A stretch of 48,430 nucleotides of DNA from a virus: the IMG/VR virus record IMGVR_UViG_3300005655_000001. The stretch is one strand, 5' to 3'. Position 1 is the stretch's first letter, and each line of letters opens with the position of its first letter. This document shows positions 15,150-24,100 of this stretch, piece after piece. The notes below the pieces were generated by a model. It had not been told where the DNA came from and did no database searches. It was given only the letters and a program-made list of their open reading frames with translations. A program made the translations under genes and the position numbers.

Positions 15150-15791
15150 ATGGCAACCATTGACTTTTCCTTTGAGCTGAAAGCCTCAAAAGACGATGGC
15201 ACTTTCGAGGGTTACGGCTCGGTTTTCAACATCAAGGACGGCGGCAACGACATCATCGTTCCCGGTGCATTCACAGAAACCTTGAGCAGCCAAAAAGCCA
15301 TCGGACGCATGCCCGCGATGCTTTGGCAGCACCGCCGTGATGAGCCGATTGGTGTCTATACAGACATGAAAGAGGACAACGTAGGGCTAAAATTCTCCGG
15401 CAAGCTGGCGCTTAAAACAGCACGCGGGGCAGAGGCTTACGAGCTGATGAAGATGGGCGCATTGTCTGGCATGAGCATCGGATACCGCGCCAAGGAAGAC
15501 AGCTACGACCGCATCACCGGCATTCGCACGTTGAAGCGGCTCGACCTGCTGGAACTGAGCCTCGTTACCTTCCCGATGAATGACGCAAGCCGCATCAGTT
15601 CAGTCAAAAGCTCGATTGAAGAGCTTGAAACCATTCGTGATGCCGAGAGATTCCTGAGAGATAACGGAATGTCTCGCACCGAAGCCGTGGCCTTTATCAG
15701 CCGCGTGAAAAGTCTTGGGCCGCGTGATGCGGGTGAAGACGATATGCAAAGCCTGATCACTGCCATCAAGCAGCGAAAAGCCCCCGTATAG
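15150..15791 (+). CDS. Prohead maturation protease (HK97 family, S78)
   Basis: 213 aa with AAGGAG RBS, 'FEGYGSVFN..D..GDII.PGAF', 'WQH' and 'SIGY'. Confidence 0.9.
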   Translation: MATIDFSFELKASKDDGTFEGYGSVFNIKDGGNDIIVPGAFTETLSSQKAIGRMPAMLWQHRRDEPIGVYTDMKEDNVGLKFSGKLALKTARGAEAYELMKMGALSGMSIGYRAKEDSYDRITGIRTLKRLDLLELSLVTFPMNDASRISSVKSSIEELETIRDAERFLRDNGMSRTEAVAFISRVKSLGPRDAGEDDMQSLITAIKQRKAPV

Positions 15792-15812
15792 GCGCCCGCC
15801 ACCAAGAACCAG

Positions 15813-15835
15813 ACCGCCCTAGAGGCGGTTTTTTT
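15813..15835 (+). terminator. Rho-independent terminator between protease and capsid genes
   Basis: ACCGCC-CTAGA-GGCGGT followed by T7. Confidence 0.7.
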
Positions 15836-15856
15836 ACGCCCAAAGAAAGGCAAACC

Positions 15857-17170
15857 ATGTCCGACATCCTCGAAATCAAGACTCTTATTGAAGCCCAAGG
15901 CAAAGCCTGGGAAGAGCACAAGAAAACCAACGACGAACTGATCAAAGCCAAGGCCGAAGGCAAGGCCGTGGCAGACCTCGAAGTCAAGCTGTCAAAAGTC
16001 AGTGACGAAATGGACAAGTTGGCCGACCTGAAGGCCGATTTTGACAAGTTCATCCTTGAATCGCAGCGCCCCGGCGCGGGTGCCAAGGGCGATGGCAGCG
16101 TGGAGGCCGAATGCAAGAGCTGGAACGCCATGCTCCGCGCCGACTTCCAATCCAAGGGCCGCAGCATCCCCGCTGAAGTGTCCGTTGACACCTACACGGA
16201 ATACAAGAGCGCCTTTTACTCGCTGGTGCGCCATGGCGACATCGAGCGCCTGAACCCAGCCGAGCGCAAGGCTCTGTCTGCCGGTTCTGATCCTGATGGC
16301 GGCTACCTGCTGCCTACGCCCACCGTTGGCCGCATGATCAAGAAGGTGTATGAGCAATCCACCATGCGCCAACTGGCCAACGTGCTGACCATCAGCACCG
16401 ACGCCCTGGAAGGCATCGTTGACAACGACGAAGCCGACGCCGGGTGGGTGTCCGAAATGGGAGCACGCAACGACACCGATACGCCGCAGCTTGGCAAGTA
16501 TCGGATCGAAGCGCACGAAATGTACGCACAGCCCAAGGTGACTCAGAAGCTGATCGACGACGCCGCCACCGATGTGGAAGCCTGGCTTGCTGAAAAGGTG
16601 GGCGGCAAGTTCGCTCGCGTTGAAGGCGCTGCTTTCTGGACTGGCGACGGCGTGGGCAAGCCCCGTGGCCTGGCCGCATACGCCACGGCGGCGACCGGCG
16701 ACGGCAGCCGCGCATGGGGCACCTTTGAGCACGTCATTACCGGCGCCAATGGTGCATTCCACACGACCAAGGCTGATCCGCTGCAAGACCTGCTGGGCGC
16801 GTTCAAAGACCAGTACCTGCAAAACGCAGCGTTCGTCATGCGCCGCGAAGTGCGCACCCTGATTCGCAAGATGAAGGAAGCCACCAGCGACCGCTATCTG
16901 TGGGAGCCATCCCTGCAAGCCGGTCAGCCCGACCGCCTGCTGGGCTACCCGGTGCGTATTGACCAGTACATCCCAACGATTGCTACTGGATCGCTGTCGC
17001 TGGCGTTTGGTGACTTCAAAGAGGCTTACACCATCGTGGATCGCATCGGCGTTCGCACCCTGCGCGACCCCTACACGGCCAAGCCTTATATCCGCTTCTA
17101 CAGCACGAAGCGCACAGGCGGGGGTGCTATCAACACCGAAGCCGTGAAGTTCCTCAAGTTCTCTGCCTAA
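15857..17170 (+). CDS. Major capsid protein (HK97 fold) with N-terminal delta domain
   Basis: 437 aa with a coiled-coil N-terminus of about 100 aa followed by a capsid core. Position after the protease supports the call. Confidence 0.9.
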   Translation: MSDILEIKTLIEAQGKAWEEHKKTNDELIKAKAEGKAVADLEVKLSKVSDEMDKLADLKADFDKFILESQRPGAGAKGDGSVEAECKSWNAMLRADFQSKGRSIPAEVSVDTYTEYKSAFYSLVRHGDIERLNPAERKALSAGSDPDGGYLLPTPTVGRMIKKVYEQSTMRQLANVLTISTDALEGIVDNDEADAGWVSEMGARNDTDTPQLGKYRIEAHEMYAQPKVTQKLIDDAATDVEAWLAEKVGGKFARVEGAAFWTGDGVGKPRGLAAYATAATGDGSRAWGTFEHVITGANGAFHTTKADPLQDLLGAFKDQYLQNAAFVMRREVRTLIRKMKEATSDRYLWEPSLQAGQPDRLLGYPVRIDQYIPTIATGSLSLAFGDFKEAYTIVDRIGVRTLRDPYTAKPYIRFYSTKRTGGGAINTEAVKFLKFSA

Positions 17171-17225
17171 GCCAACCGGGCCGGGCAATGTCCCGGCCCA
17201 TTCCCAATTCTGAAAGGTCAAAACC

Positions 17226-17615
17226 ATGTCCGAACTCAAAAACAACATTGCGGCGGTTCTCGCCCTCTCGCCTGTGGTGCACTCTGCCACCAAGGCCGAC
17301 GCCCCAATCATCGACTTGCAAGGCGCGGGCTCTGCCACGGTCGTCATCAACACCGGCGCCATCGTCTCTTCTGGCGACTACACCGTAAGCCTGCGCCACG
17401 GCGACGCATCCGACCTGACCGGCGACGCTGCCGCAAGCGGTGATGAGCTGTTGGGCACGTTCCCCGCAACGCTCGCTGCTGATTCCGCCTACTCGGTGGG
17501 CTATCGCGGCGGCAAACGCTATGTGCGCGTTGTCATCACCAAAAACAGCGGCACCTCGATTGCTGCTGGTGCTGTGATCGTCAAGGGCCACCTGTCCCTG
17601 ACTGGCACGGTTTGA
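17226..17615 (+). CDS. Hypothetical head-associated protein (possible decoration/accessory)
   Basis: 129 aa, directly after the MCP and flanked by GC-rich stem-loops (17178-17199, 17622-17645). Confidence 0.5.
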   Translation: MSELKNNIAAVLALSPVVHSATKADAPIIDLQGAGSATVVINTGAIVSSGDYTVSLRHGDASDLTGDAAASGDELLGTFPATLAADSAYSVGYRGGKRYVRVVITKNSGTSIAAGAVIVKGHLSLTGTV

Positions 17616-17664
17616 TGCGTGAAGCGCCTGCCCACGCGGGCGCTTTGCAGATCACAAGGACACC

Positions 17665-18240
17665 ATGATCGTCACCCAAACCACCCCGCCGGCCTACCTG
17701 CCGTTGACGCTTGCAGAGACAAAGCTGCACCTGCGCGTTGACGGCACGGACGAAGACACGCTGATTCCGGCGCTGATCGCCGCAGCCGTGGACACATGCC
17801 AGCAACTGACAGGCCGCAGCCTCATGGCCCAGGCGTGGAAGCTGACGCTTGACGACTTTGCAGACGCAATCAAGCTGCCATGGCCGACCATCCAAGCCGT
17901 GCAATCGGTGCAGTACAAAGATGCAGACGGAGCCACGCAGACATTGGCGACGTCGGTTTATGAGCTGGTGGGCGCCACGGTGTGCCTGATTCCAGATCAA
18001 GAATGGCCCGAAGTGCGCGGCGGCGCCGGTTCCGTGTGGGTGAACTACACAGCCGGGTACAGCGCGGGCAACGAAGCGGCGCAGCAAGCCGCAATCCCCG
18101 CAGGCATCAAGGCTTGGCTGCTGCTGACCATTGGCACCCTCTACGCGAACCGCGAGAGCCTCCAAACGGGCGTGTCCGTTGCCGCTCTGCCCGAGCGCTT
18201 CACCGACTCGTTGCTCGACCGGTTCAAGGTGTACGCATGA
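17665..18240 (+). CDS. Head-tail connector (gp6-like, DNA-packaging QLRG family)
   Basis: 191 aa with 'LTLAETKLHLRVDGTDEDTLIPALIAAAVDTCQQLTGRSL'. Confidence 0.75.
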   Translation: MIVTQTTPPAYLPLTLAETKLHLRVDGTDEDTLIPALIAAAVDTCQQLTGRSLMAQAWKLTLDDFADAIKLPWPTIQAVQSVQYKDADGATQTLATSVYELVGATVCLIPDQEWPEVRGGAGSVWVNYTAGYSAGNEAAQQAAIPAGIKAWLLLTIGTLYANRESLQTGVSVAALPERFTDSLLDRFKVYA

Positions 18241-18560
18241 TGCAAGCCGGACGCCTCTCAACCCGCTGCGTAATCCAGCGCCGCACAGGTGGCACCAACG
18301 ACTGGGGCGAACCATTGCCCGAAGGCTGGGAAACGCACGCGACCGTGTGGGCGAACGTCAAGCACCTATCTGGTAGCGAAGCCATCAAAGCAGACGCGGA
18401 AGTTTCAACCGTGCGCGCCAGCATTCGTATCCGATTTCGCAGCGACATCACGGCAGGAATGCGCGTGCTGATTGGGCTGGCGGTGTACCAGATTGAGGCG
18501 GTGATGCCTGACATGGGACGGCGCGAATTTGTGGACTTGGCGTGTAAGGCGGTGCAGTAA
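18237..18560 (+). CDS. Head-tail adaptor / head closure protein (SPP1 gp16-like)
   Basis: 107 aa from ATG 18237 (ATGA overlap) with 'RCVIQRRTGGTNDWGEP...WANVKHLSGSEAI...YQIEAV'. Confidence 0.75.
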   Translation: MMQAGRLSTRCVIQRRTGGTNDWGEPLPEGWETHATVWANVKHLSGSEAIKADAEVSTVRASIRIRFRSDITAGMRVLIGLAVYQIEAVMPDMGRREFVDLACKAVQ

Positions 18561-19105
18561 TGGCAAACGGGCGCAGCGGATCGCGCAGGCGCAGACAACC
18601 ACTGACCGGCCCGTCATCTGAGGCGTTCTTCTGTGATGCCTCGGAAATCGACGGCATCGCGGCCCTCATGGACAAGATGGGCGAAGCAGTGCGCGACGCC
18701 ATCCGGCCTGTTGCCCAGGCTGGTGCACAGGTGCTATATGACCGCGTGAAGCTGAACGTTGCAGGCATGGGCACCAAGACTGGAAACCTGCAAAGCGCCA
18801 TCTATCAGGCGTACATGAAAGAGTCTTCCCAAGAAGGCAAATCAGCGCTGTATCGCATCTCGTGGAACGTCACCAAGGCACCGCATGGGCGGCTGTTGGA
18901 GCACGGCTGGATTCAGCGCTACAAGGTTTACATGGGCAAAAACGGCAAGTGGTACACGCTCAAGAAGTCGCCACTGCAAACCCCTATCCAGCACCCAGGT
19001 AAGGCGTTCATTCGCCGGGCTGGCGCGGCTGAAGGCGAAGCAATCGACGCCATGAAGGCAGAGCTGCAAAAGCGCCTTGATGGCCTTTACTACGGCGGGG
19101 CATAA
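18560..19105 (+). CDS. HK97 gp10-like neck/tail component
   Basis: 181 aa. Position and the 'HGRLLEHGW' motif support the call. Confidence 0.6.
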   Translation: MANGRSGSRRRRQPLTGPSSEAFFCDASEIDGIAALMDKMGEAVRDAIRPVAQAGAQVLYDRVKLNVAGMGTKTGNLQSAIYQAYMKESSQEGKSALYRISWNVTKAPHGRLLEHGWIQRYKVYMGKNGKWYTLKKSPLQTPIQHPGKAFIRRAGAAEGEAIDAMKAELQKRLDGLYYGGA

Positions 19106-19489
19106 ATGGCACTGGAAGACGAACTACTCGCACGCATGCGCCTGCACTGCCCCCGCGTGCTGTCGCCTACGGCGCCCTACGGCACGGCTCGGCCCTACCT
19201 GACGTGGCAGCACATCGGCGGCACGGCCTTTCGATTCCTGGACAACAGCGCGCCCGACAAGCGCAACGCATTCATTCAGATCAACGCATGGGCCGATAGC
19301 AAGAAAGCCGCGTTTGACCTGTTGCGCGCCGTGGAAGCCGAACTGTGCGCCATCGCGCCCGGTGTTGGGTTTGTTGCGGCGCCGATTGAAGAGCCATCAG
19401 ACGCCTATGTAGAAGGCGACGAAGGGCAATCGCCCGGCGAACTCAAAGGCGCATTACAGACATTCAAGGTGTGGGGCGCAAGAGCCTGA
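19106..19489 (+). CDS. Tail completion/terminator protein (DUF3168-like)
   Basis: 127 aa with 'RVLSPTAPYGTARPYLTWQHIGG'. It is the last gene before the tail tube gene. Confidence 0.6.
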   Translation: MALEDELLARMRLHCPRVLSPTAPYGTARPYLTWQHIGGTAFRFLDNSAPDKRNAFIQINAWADSKKAAFDLLRAVEAELCAIAPGVGFVAAPIEEPSDAYVEGDEGQSPGELKGALQTFKVWGARA

Positions 19490-19516
19490 CACCGCACTGA
19501 TTCAGGGCTGAAAAGC

Positions 19517-19564
19517 CCACCCCAGCAAAGCCCCACCGGAGCAATTCGGCGGGGCTTTTTCGTT
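19517..19564 (+). terminator. 48-bp repeat copy 1, containing a rho-independent terminator (hairpin 19529-19556 plus T5)
   Basis: CCACCCCAGCAAAGCCCCACCGGAGCAATTCGGCGGGGCTTTTTCGTT, identical to 20273-20320. Confidence 0.85.
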
Positions 19565-19629
19565 GCCCGATGAGGGCGCAACCGGCCGCAGCAATGCGGT
19601 TTTTTTTCGTCCAAAGAAAGGGCCAAATC

Positions 19630-20271
19630 ATGGCGCTGTATTTCCCCGAGGGTTCATCCCAGCAGTTCTCGCAGACGTTCGCGTCTGCAAAGACCATCAC
19701 CGCGATCACCAACGCCAACCCGGCAGTGGCAACCAGCGTAGCCCACGGCTACACCACGGGCGATGAAATCCTGATCACTTCCGGCTGGGAAGACATCACC
19801 GATAGCGTGGTGAAGATCACGGTGCTGACCGCTGACACGTTCAGCCTCACCGGCGTGGACGCCAGCAACACAGGCTTCTACCCTGCTGGCACCGGCACCG
19901 GCACGGCCCAGAAGATCAGCGGCTGGACGGCTATTCCCCAAGTGCTGACGATCAGCGGCTCGGGTGGCGACGCCCGGTTTACCGACGTGCAACTGCTGGC
20001 ACGCCGCAACAGCCTGAAGATTCCGACTGGCTTCAACGCTACCAGCATCACCATGTCGCTGGCCCACGATGCCGCGCAGCCCGGTTACCAGACCATGCTG
20101 CAAATCTCGCGCAACCTGTCCAAAGTGGCCTTCAAACAGGTTATCTCTGGCGGTGCTGTGACCTACGGTTACGGCTACCTCAACGTGTCTGAGCTGCCCA
20201 AGCTCAACAGCAATTCCGTGAACACGGTCGATGCAGCCCTGACGGTTATTGGCCGCAGCGTTTCTTACTAA
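19630..20271 (+). CDS. Major tail (tube) protein
   Basis: 213 aa from ATG 19630, downstream of the terminator. The track start at 19570 lies inside the terminator. Position and size fit a siphovirus tube protein. Confidence 0.75.
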   Translation: MALYFPEGSSQQFSQTFASAKTITAITNANPAVATSVAHGYTTGDEILITSGWEDITDSVVKITVLTADTFSLTGVDASNTGFYPAGTGTGTAQKISGWTAIPQVLTISGSGGDARFTDVQLLARRNSLKIPTGFNATSITMSLAHDAAQPGYQTMLQISRNLSKVAFKQVISGGAVTYGYGYLNVSELPKLNSNSVNTVDAALTVIGRSVSY

Positions 20272-20272
20272 G

Positions 20273-20320
20273 CCACCCCAGCAAAGCCCCACCGGAGCAA
20301 TTCGGCGGGGCTTTTTCGTT
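20273..20320 (+). terminator. 48-bp repeat copy 2, containing a rho-independent terminator
   Basis: Perfect copy of 19517-19564, 756 bp downstream. Confidence 0.85.
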
Positions 20321-20422
20321 TCCGGCGCAAGCCGCCCCAGCACCGACGCAGGCCGCTGTCTTCCTTTCGCAGGGAAGCGGCGGCTTGCGCACGGGCGTTT
20401 TTAACCCTGCGAAAGAACCATC

Positions 20423-20809
20423 ATGGCAAGCAAAATCAAACTCGGCAACCGCCCCAAGAACTTCAAGCGCATCGTCACATTCGACATGCTGGAAGGCGGC
20501 AAAGGCTCTATCGAGTGCATGTTCAAGTACCGCACCCGCTCTGAATTTGGCGTATTCATCGACAAGCTCATTGAGGCCGCAGGCGCGAAAGACAAGCCCG
20601 AAGGCGACAAGTTCAGCATGGCCGAACTGATGGAAAAGACGGCAGGCCAAAACGCCGAATACATCCTCGACGTTCTGGAAAGCTGGAACCTCGATGAAGA
20701 CCTTACCAAGCCCAACGCACAGCAACTGGCCGACGAGCTGCCAGCCGCAGCCGCCGCGATCATGGAAACCTACCGCACCGCAGTGACGGAAGGCCGCTTG
20801 GGAAACTGA
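20423..20809 (+). CDS. Tail assembly chaperone (gpG analogue)
   Basis: 128 aa between the tube and tape measure genes. It ends with the slippery site. Confidence 0.75.
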   Translation: MASKIKLGNRPKNFKRIVTFDMLEGGKGSIECMFKYRTRSEFGVFIDKLIEAAGAKDKPEGDKFSMAELMEKTAGQNAEYILDVLESWNLDEDLTKPNAQQLADELPAAAAAIMETYRTAVTEGRLGN

Positions 20810-21129
20810 GGGAAGCCGGGGCCGCGCTCTACGCAAAAGAAGAGGCGGCACCGGCAAATGCGTTTCTCGCTGCGCTGGCAGCGCGCCAGGCCGATAAAGA
20901 AGTCCATGTGTTTCCTGAGAACTGGAGCGCCTTTGTCCTGTTCTCTCGCGTGCAAACGCAGTGGAATGTGTCAATGGGCGGGCCTACGGGCTTGCGGTAT
21001 GAGGCAATCTACCCGCTTCTAGACCGAGAGACAGACACCAAAGATGAGTGGCTGGAGCTGTTCCAAGACGTGCAAGTTTTGGAGGGCGCTGCACTAAAAC
21101 AGATGGCCGAAAACCGGGCCGAAACCTAA
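20423..21129 (+). CDS. Tail assembly chaperone G-T fusion made by -1 programmed frameshift
   Basis: Slippery G GGA AAC at 20800-20806 in the zero frame. The -1 frame stays open to 21129 and encodes a DUF1799-like 'FPENWSAFVLFSRVQTQWNV...GLRYEAIYPLL'. Confidence 0.75.
20800..20806 (+). promoter_or_regulatory. -1 ribosomal frameshift slippery heptamer GGGAAAC
   Basis: X XXY YYZ pattern in the correct phase, 3 nt before the gpG-like stop. Confidence 0.7.
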
Positions 21130-21149
21130 GCCGCCTACGGGCGGTTTTT
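21130..21149 (+). terminator. Rho-independent terminator upstream of the tape measure gene
   Basis: CCGCC-TACG-GGCGG followed by T5. Confidence 0.6.
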
Positions 21150-21162
21150 CAATGGGCAAGAC

Positions 21163-24100
21163 ATGGCTGAAAGAACCAATCCGCACGCGAATCTGATCAT
21201 CGGCGCGCAGGATGAAGCCTCGCCCGTTTTTGAGCAGGTAGGCGCCAGTGCCAAGCGCATGGCGGACGCCGTAAAGGGCGCCAACGAACAGGCGGGAAAA
21301 TCATCCAAGCAGTTCAACGAAGAACTCAAAGGCTCAAAAAATGAAATGCAGGGGCTGTCCGACCCCGCAGTCCCTGCTGCGCAAACGTTCGACAAGGCCA
21401 CCAGCTCCATGATCCGGCAGGTTCAGCGCCTGAATGCTGAACTCGAAGCTGGCGGAGCGCGCAATGCCGCCTATTTTGAAAAAATGGCATCCGTCAAGGG
21501 GGCCGACCTGTCTGCCATGGCTCCCTACCTGGCAGACCTCAAGAAAGCCGAAGCCGCCCAGCGCGTTGCCACGACCGGCCTGGATCACATGGGCATGTCT
21601 GCAAAGCAAACCGCGGCAGCGTTGCGCCAAGTTCCAATGCAGTTCACAGACATTGTTGTCAGCCTGCAAGGCGGGCAATCAGCAATGCAAGTGTTCTTGC
21701 AGCAGGGCGGGCAGCTTAAAGATATGTTTGGCGGCGCAGGTAACGCGGCCCGCGCACTGGGTGGCTATGTGCTGGGGCTGGTTAACCCGTTCACCATTGC
21801 AGCCGCCGCAGTGGCAGGTATTGCCGTGGCCTACAACCAGGGCGCAAAAGAGGCAGACGGCTACCGCATGGCGCTGGTGATGACGGGAAACGCCGCAGGC
21901 ACCACCGCCGCGCAAATGCAGCAAATGGCAGGGCGCATCAGCTCTGTCGTGGGCACGCAGGGCGCAGCCGCCGAAGCCCTGGCGCAAATGGCATCCAGCG
22001 GGCGCGTGGCATCGCAGAGCCTGGAATACTTCAGCGAAGTCGCCATCAAGTTCGAGCGCACCACCGGCACGGCCATTTCCGAAACCGTCAAGCGCTTTGC
22101 AGAACTCGGCGCATCGCCGGTTGACGCCTCGCGCAAGCTGAACGAGGAAACCAACTACCTCACAGCGTCAATCTACGAACAGATCAAGGCCCTGAAAGAC
22201 CAAGGGCGCGAAGCAGACGCCGCAGCCCTGGCACAAAACACCTACGCGGACGCACTCAACAACCGCAGCGCACAGATCACCCAGAACCTCGGAGCCATCG
22301 AGGGCGCGTGGAAAGCCATCAAGGACGCAGCCAAGAGCGGATGGGATGCCATGCTGAACGTCGGGCGCGCCGACTCGCTGGGCACGCAAATTGACAACAT
22401 GCGCGCAAAGATCGCGCAGGCCAAAGGGCAGGACAAGAACCGCCCATTCAGCATGCCATGGGATACGTCTCTGGCAGATTTGGAGAAGCAGCTTTCCTTC
22501 CTGACTGAGCAGGAGCGCGTGATTCGTCGCGGAGCAGAAGCACAAGCCCAGCGCACGCAGGCAGAGAAAGAGGCCATTGCGGCTACGGATGCATTGCAAA
22601 AGACGCAGGCCAGCGGGTTGACGAACCAGCAGAAGATGAACAAGGCGCTGGAAGAATACGCCCGCCACATCGAGAAGCTGAAGGCCACAAACCCGGCTTC
22701 TGTTCTGCTGTCGCCGGACGCCATCGCACGCGGCGAAAAGGCCATTCGGGATCAGTTCTCGGACAAGGGCAAAGGATCGGCTGGCATCAAGGCTGTGAAC
22801 AAAGACCTTGCGGATCAGCAGCGCATCTTTGCAGAGCTTGCTGGGGTGTCCAGCACCTACTACAAAGAGTTAGCAGCAGCACAAGAGCAGCGCGCAAAGG
22901 GCAACGTCAGCGAAGCGCAGTACGTCGCCTACGTCAACGATCTTGTCCAAAAGCAGCCATTCGCCGTGGCGCTGGCAAAGGAAGAAGCCAAAGCGCAGCA
23001 AACCCTCTCCAAAGCCAACCTAGACGCCGCTGCATCCCGCGAAAAGTACATCACATCGCTGTCCACCGGCCTCGACAAAATCCAAGCCGATATTGCCGCG
23101 CAGATCGAATCCACCGAGCGCATGGGCCTGAGCAAAGAGGCCATTGCTGAATTGGACGCTGCCAAGCTGGAAATGCTGGCGACGGATCTGGAATTGCAGG
23201 CCGTCAAAGCGATGGACCGCAACCTCGACCAGCAGACCTACGACGCCTTGAAGCAACAGGCGCAGGCGTACCGCGAGCTGGGCATTGCCAAGAAGGGCGG
23301 CGCAGCGAAAGAGGCAGCGCTTGACCTGGAAAAGGCCAATGCCGAAGCAGCAAAGAAGGCGCAGGAGGACTGGGAGCGGGCATCGGAGCAGATCAACAGC
23401 ACCCTCACAGACGCCCTGATGCGCGGCTTCGAGTCCGGGAAAGACTTCGCCAAGAACCTGCGCGACACGGTCGTTAACATGTTCAAAACGATGGTGCTGC
23501 GGCCTGTTATCAGCGCAGTTCTAAGCCCCGTCAGTATGGCCTTGAGCGGGCTTACCGGTGCCGGAAGTGCTGCAGCGAGTCAGGCTGGAGGCTCTGCTTT
23601 GGGAAGCGCCGGAGGGTCTCTGATGGGGTCCGCTTTGGGCGGCATCGGAGCATTCGGCACAGGCGCAAGCTACGGCGCCGCCAGCCTGTTTGCGAATGGC
23701 CTGACGGGCACGCTGGCCGCAGGCGGGCAGATGATCGGCGCCGGGTCGGTCATGTCGGGCCTGGGAACGATCTCCGGGGCACTCGGCCCCATTGCCATCG
23801 GCATTGCGCTGATTGCAAGCCTCATCAAGAAATCCACCCCCCACATGGGCGCCGCATCTACCTACAGCGAAGCGGGCGGGCTGGTGTCAAATGCGGACAT
23901 TTACCGCGATTCGGGCCTGGCCGACGTGCGCACCTACAACGCGGGCGTGGAACAGGTGACGGGCAACGTCGCCAAAGCCATCGGCGACACGCTGAACGCC
24001 ACTGCCAAAAGCTTCGGCAAGACGGCTGGATACGAAATCACCACCGCCTTTGCTGACGACACCAGCAAAGACGGCGCATGGGGTTCGCTCATCATCAAGC

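Noticed and set aside
15992-17362. A 456-aa ORF on the minus strand, with similar long antisense ORFs at 10527..11513, 12274..13062, 17581..18315, 19654..20343, 20246..20974, 24739..25890, 35434..36252, 38773..39408 and 40123..41058.
   Set aside because: All lie antisense to genes with clear homology or strong coding signatures (capsid, portal, tape measure, Sak4 and so on). Their translations are Arg/Gly/Ala/His-rich low-complexity strings typical of shadow ORFs in GC-rich DNA, and they lack RBSs.
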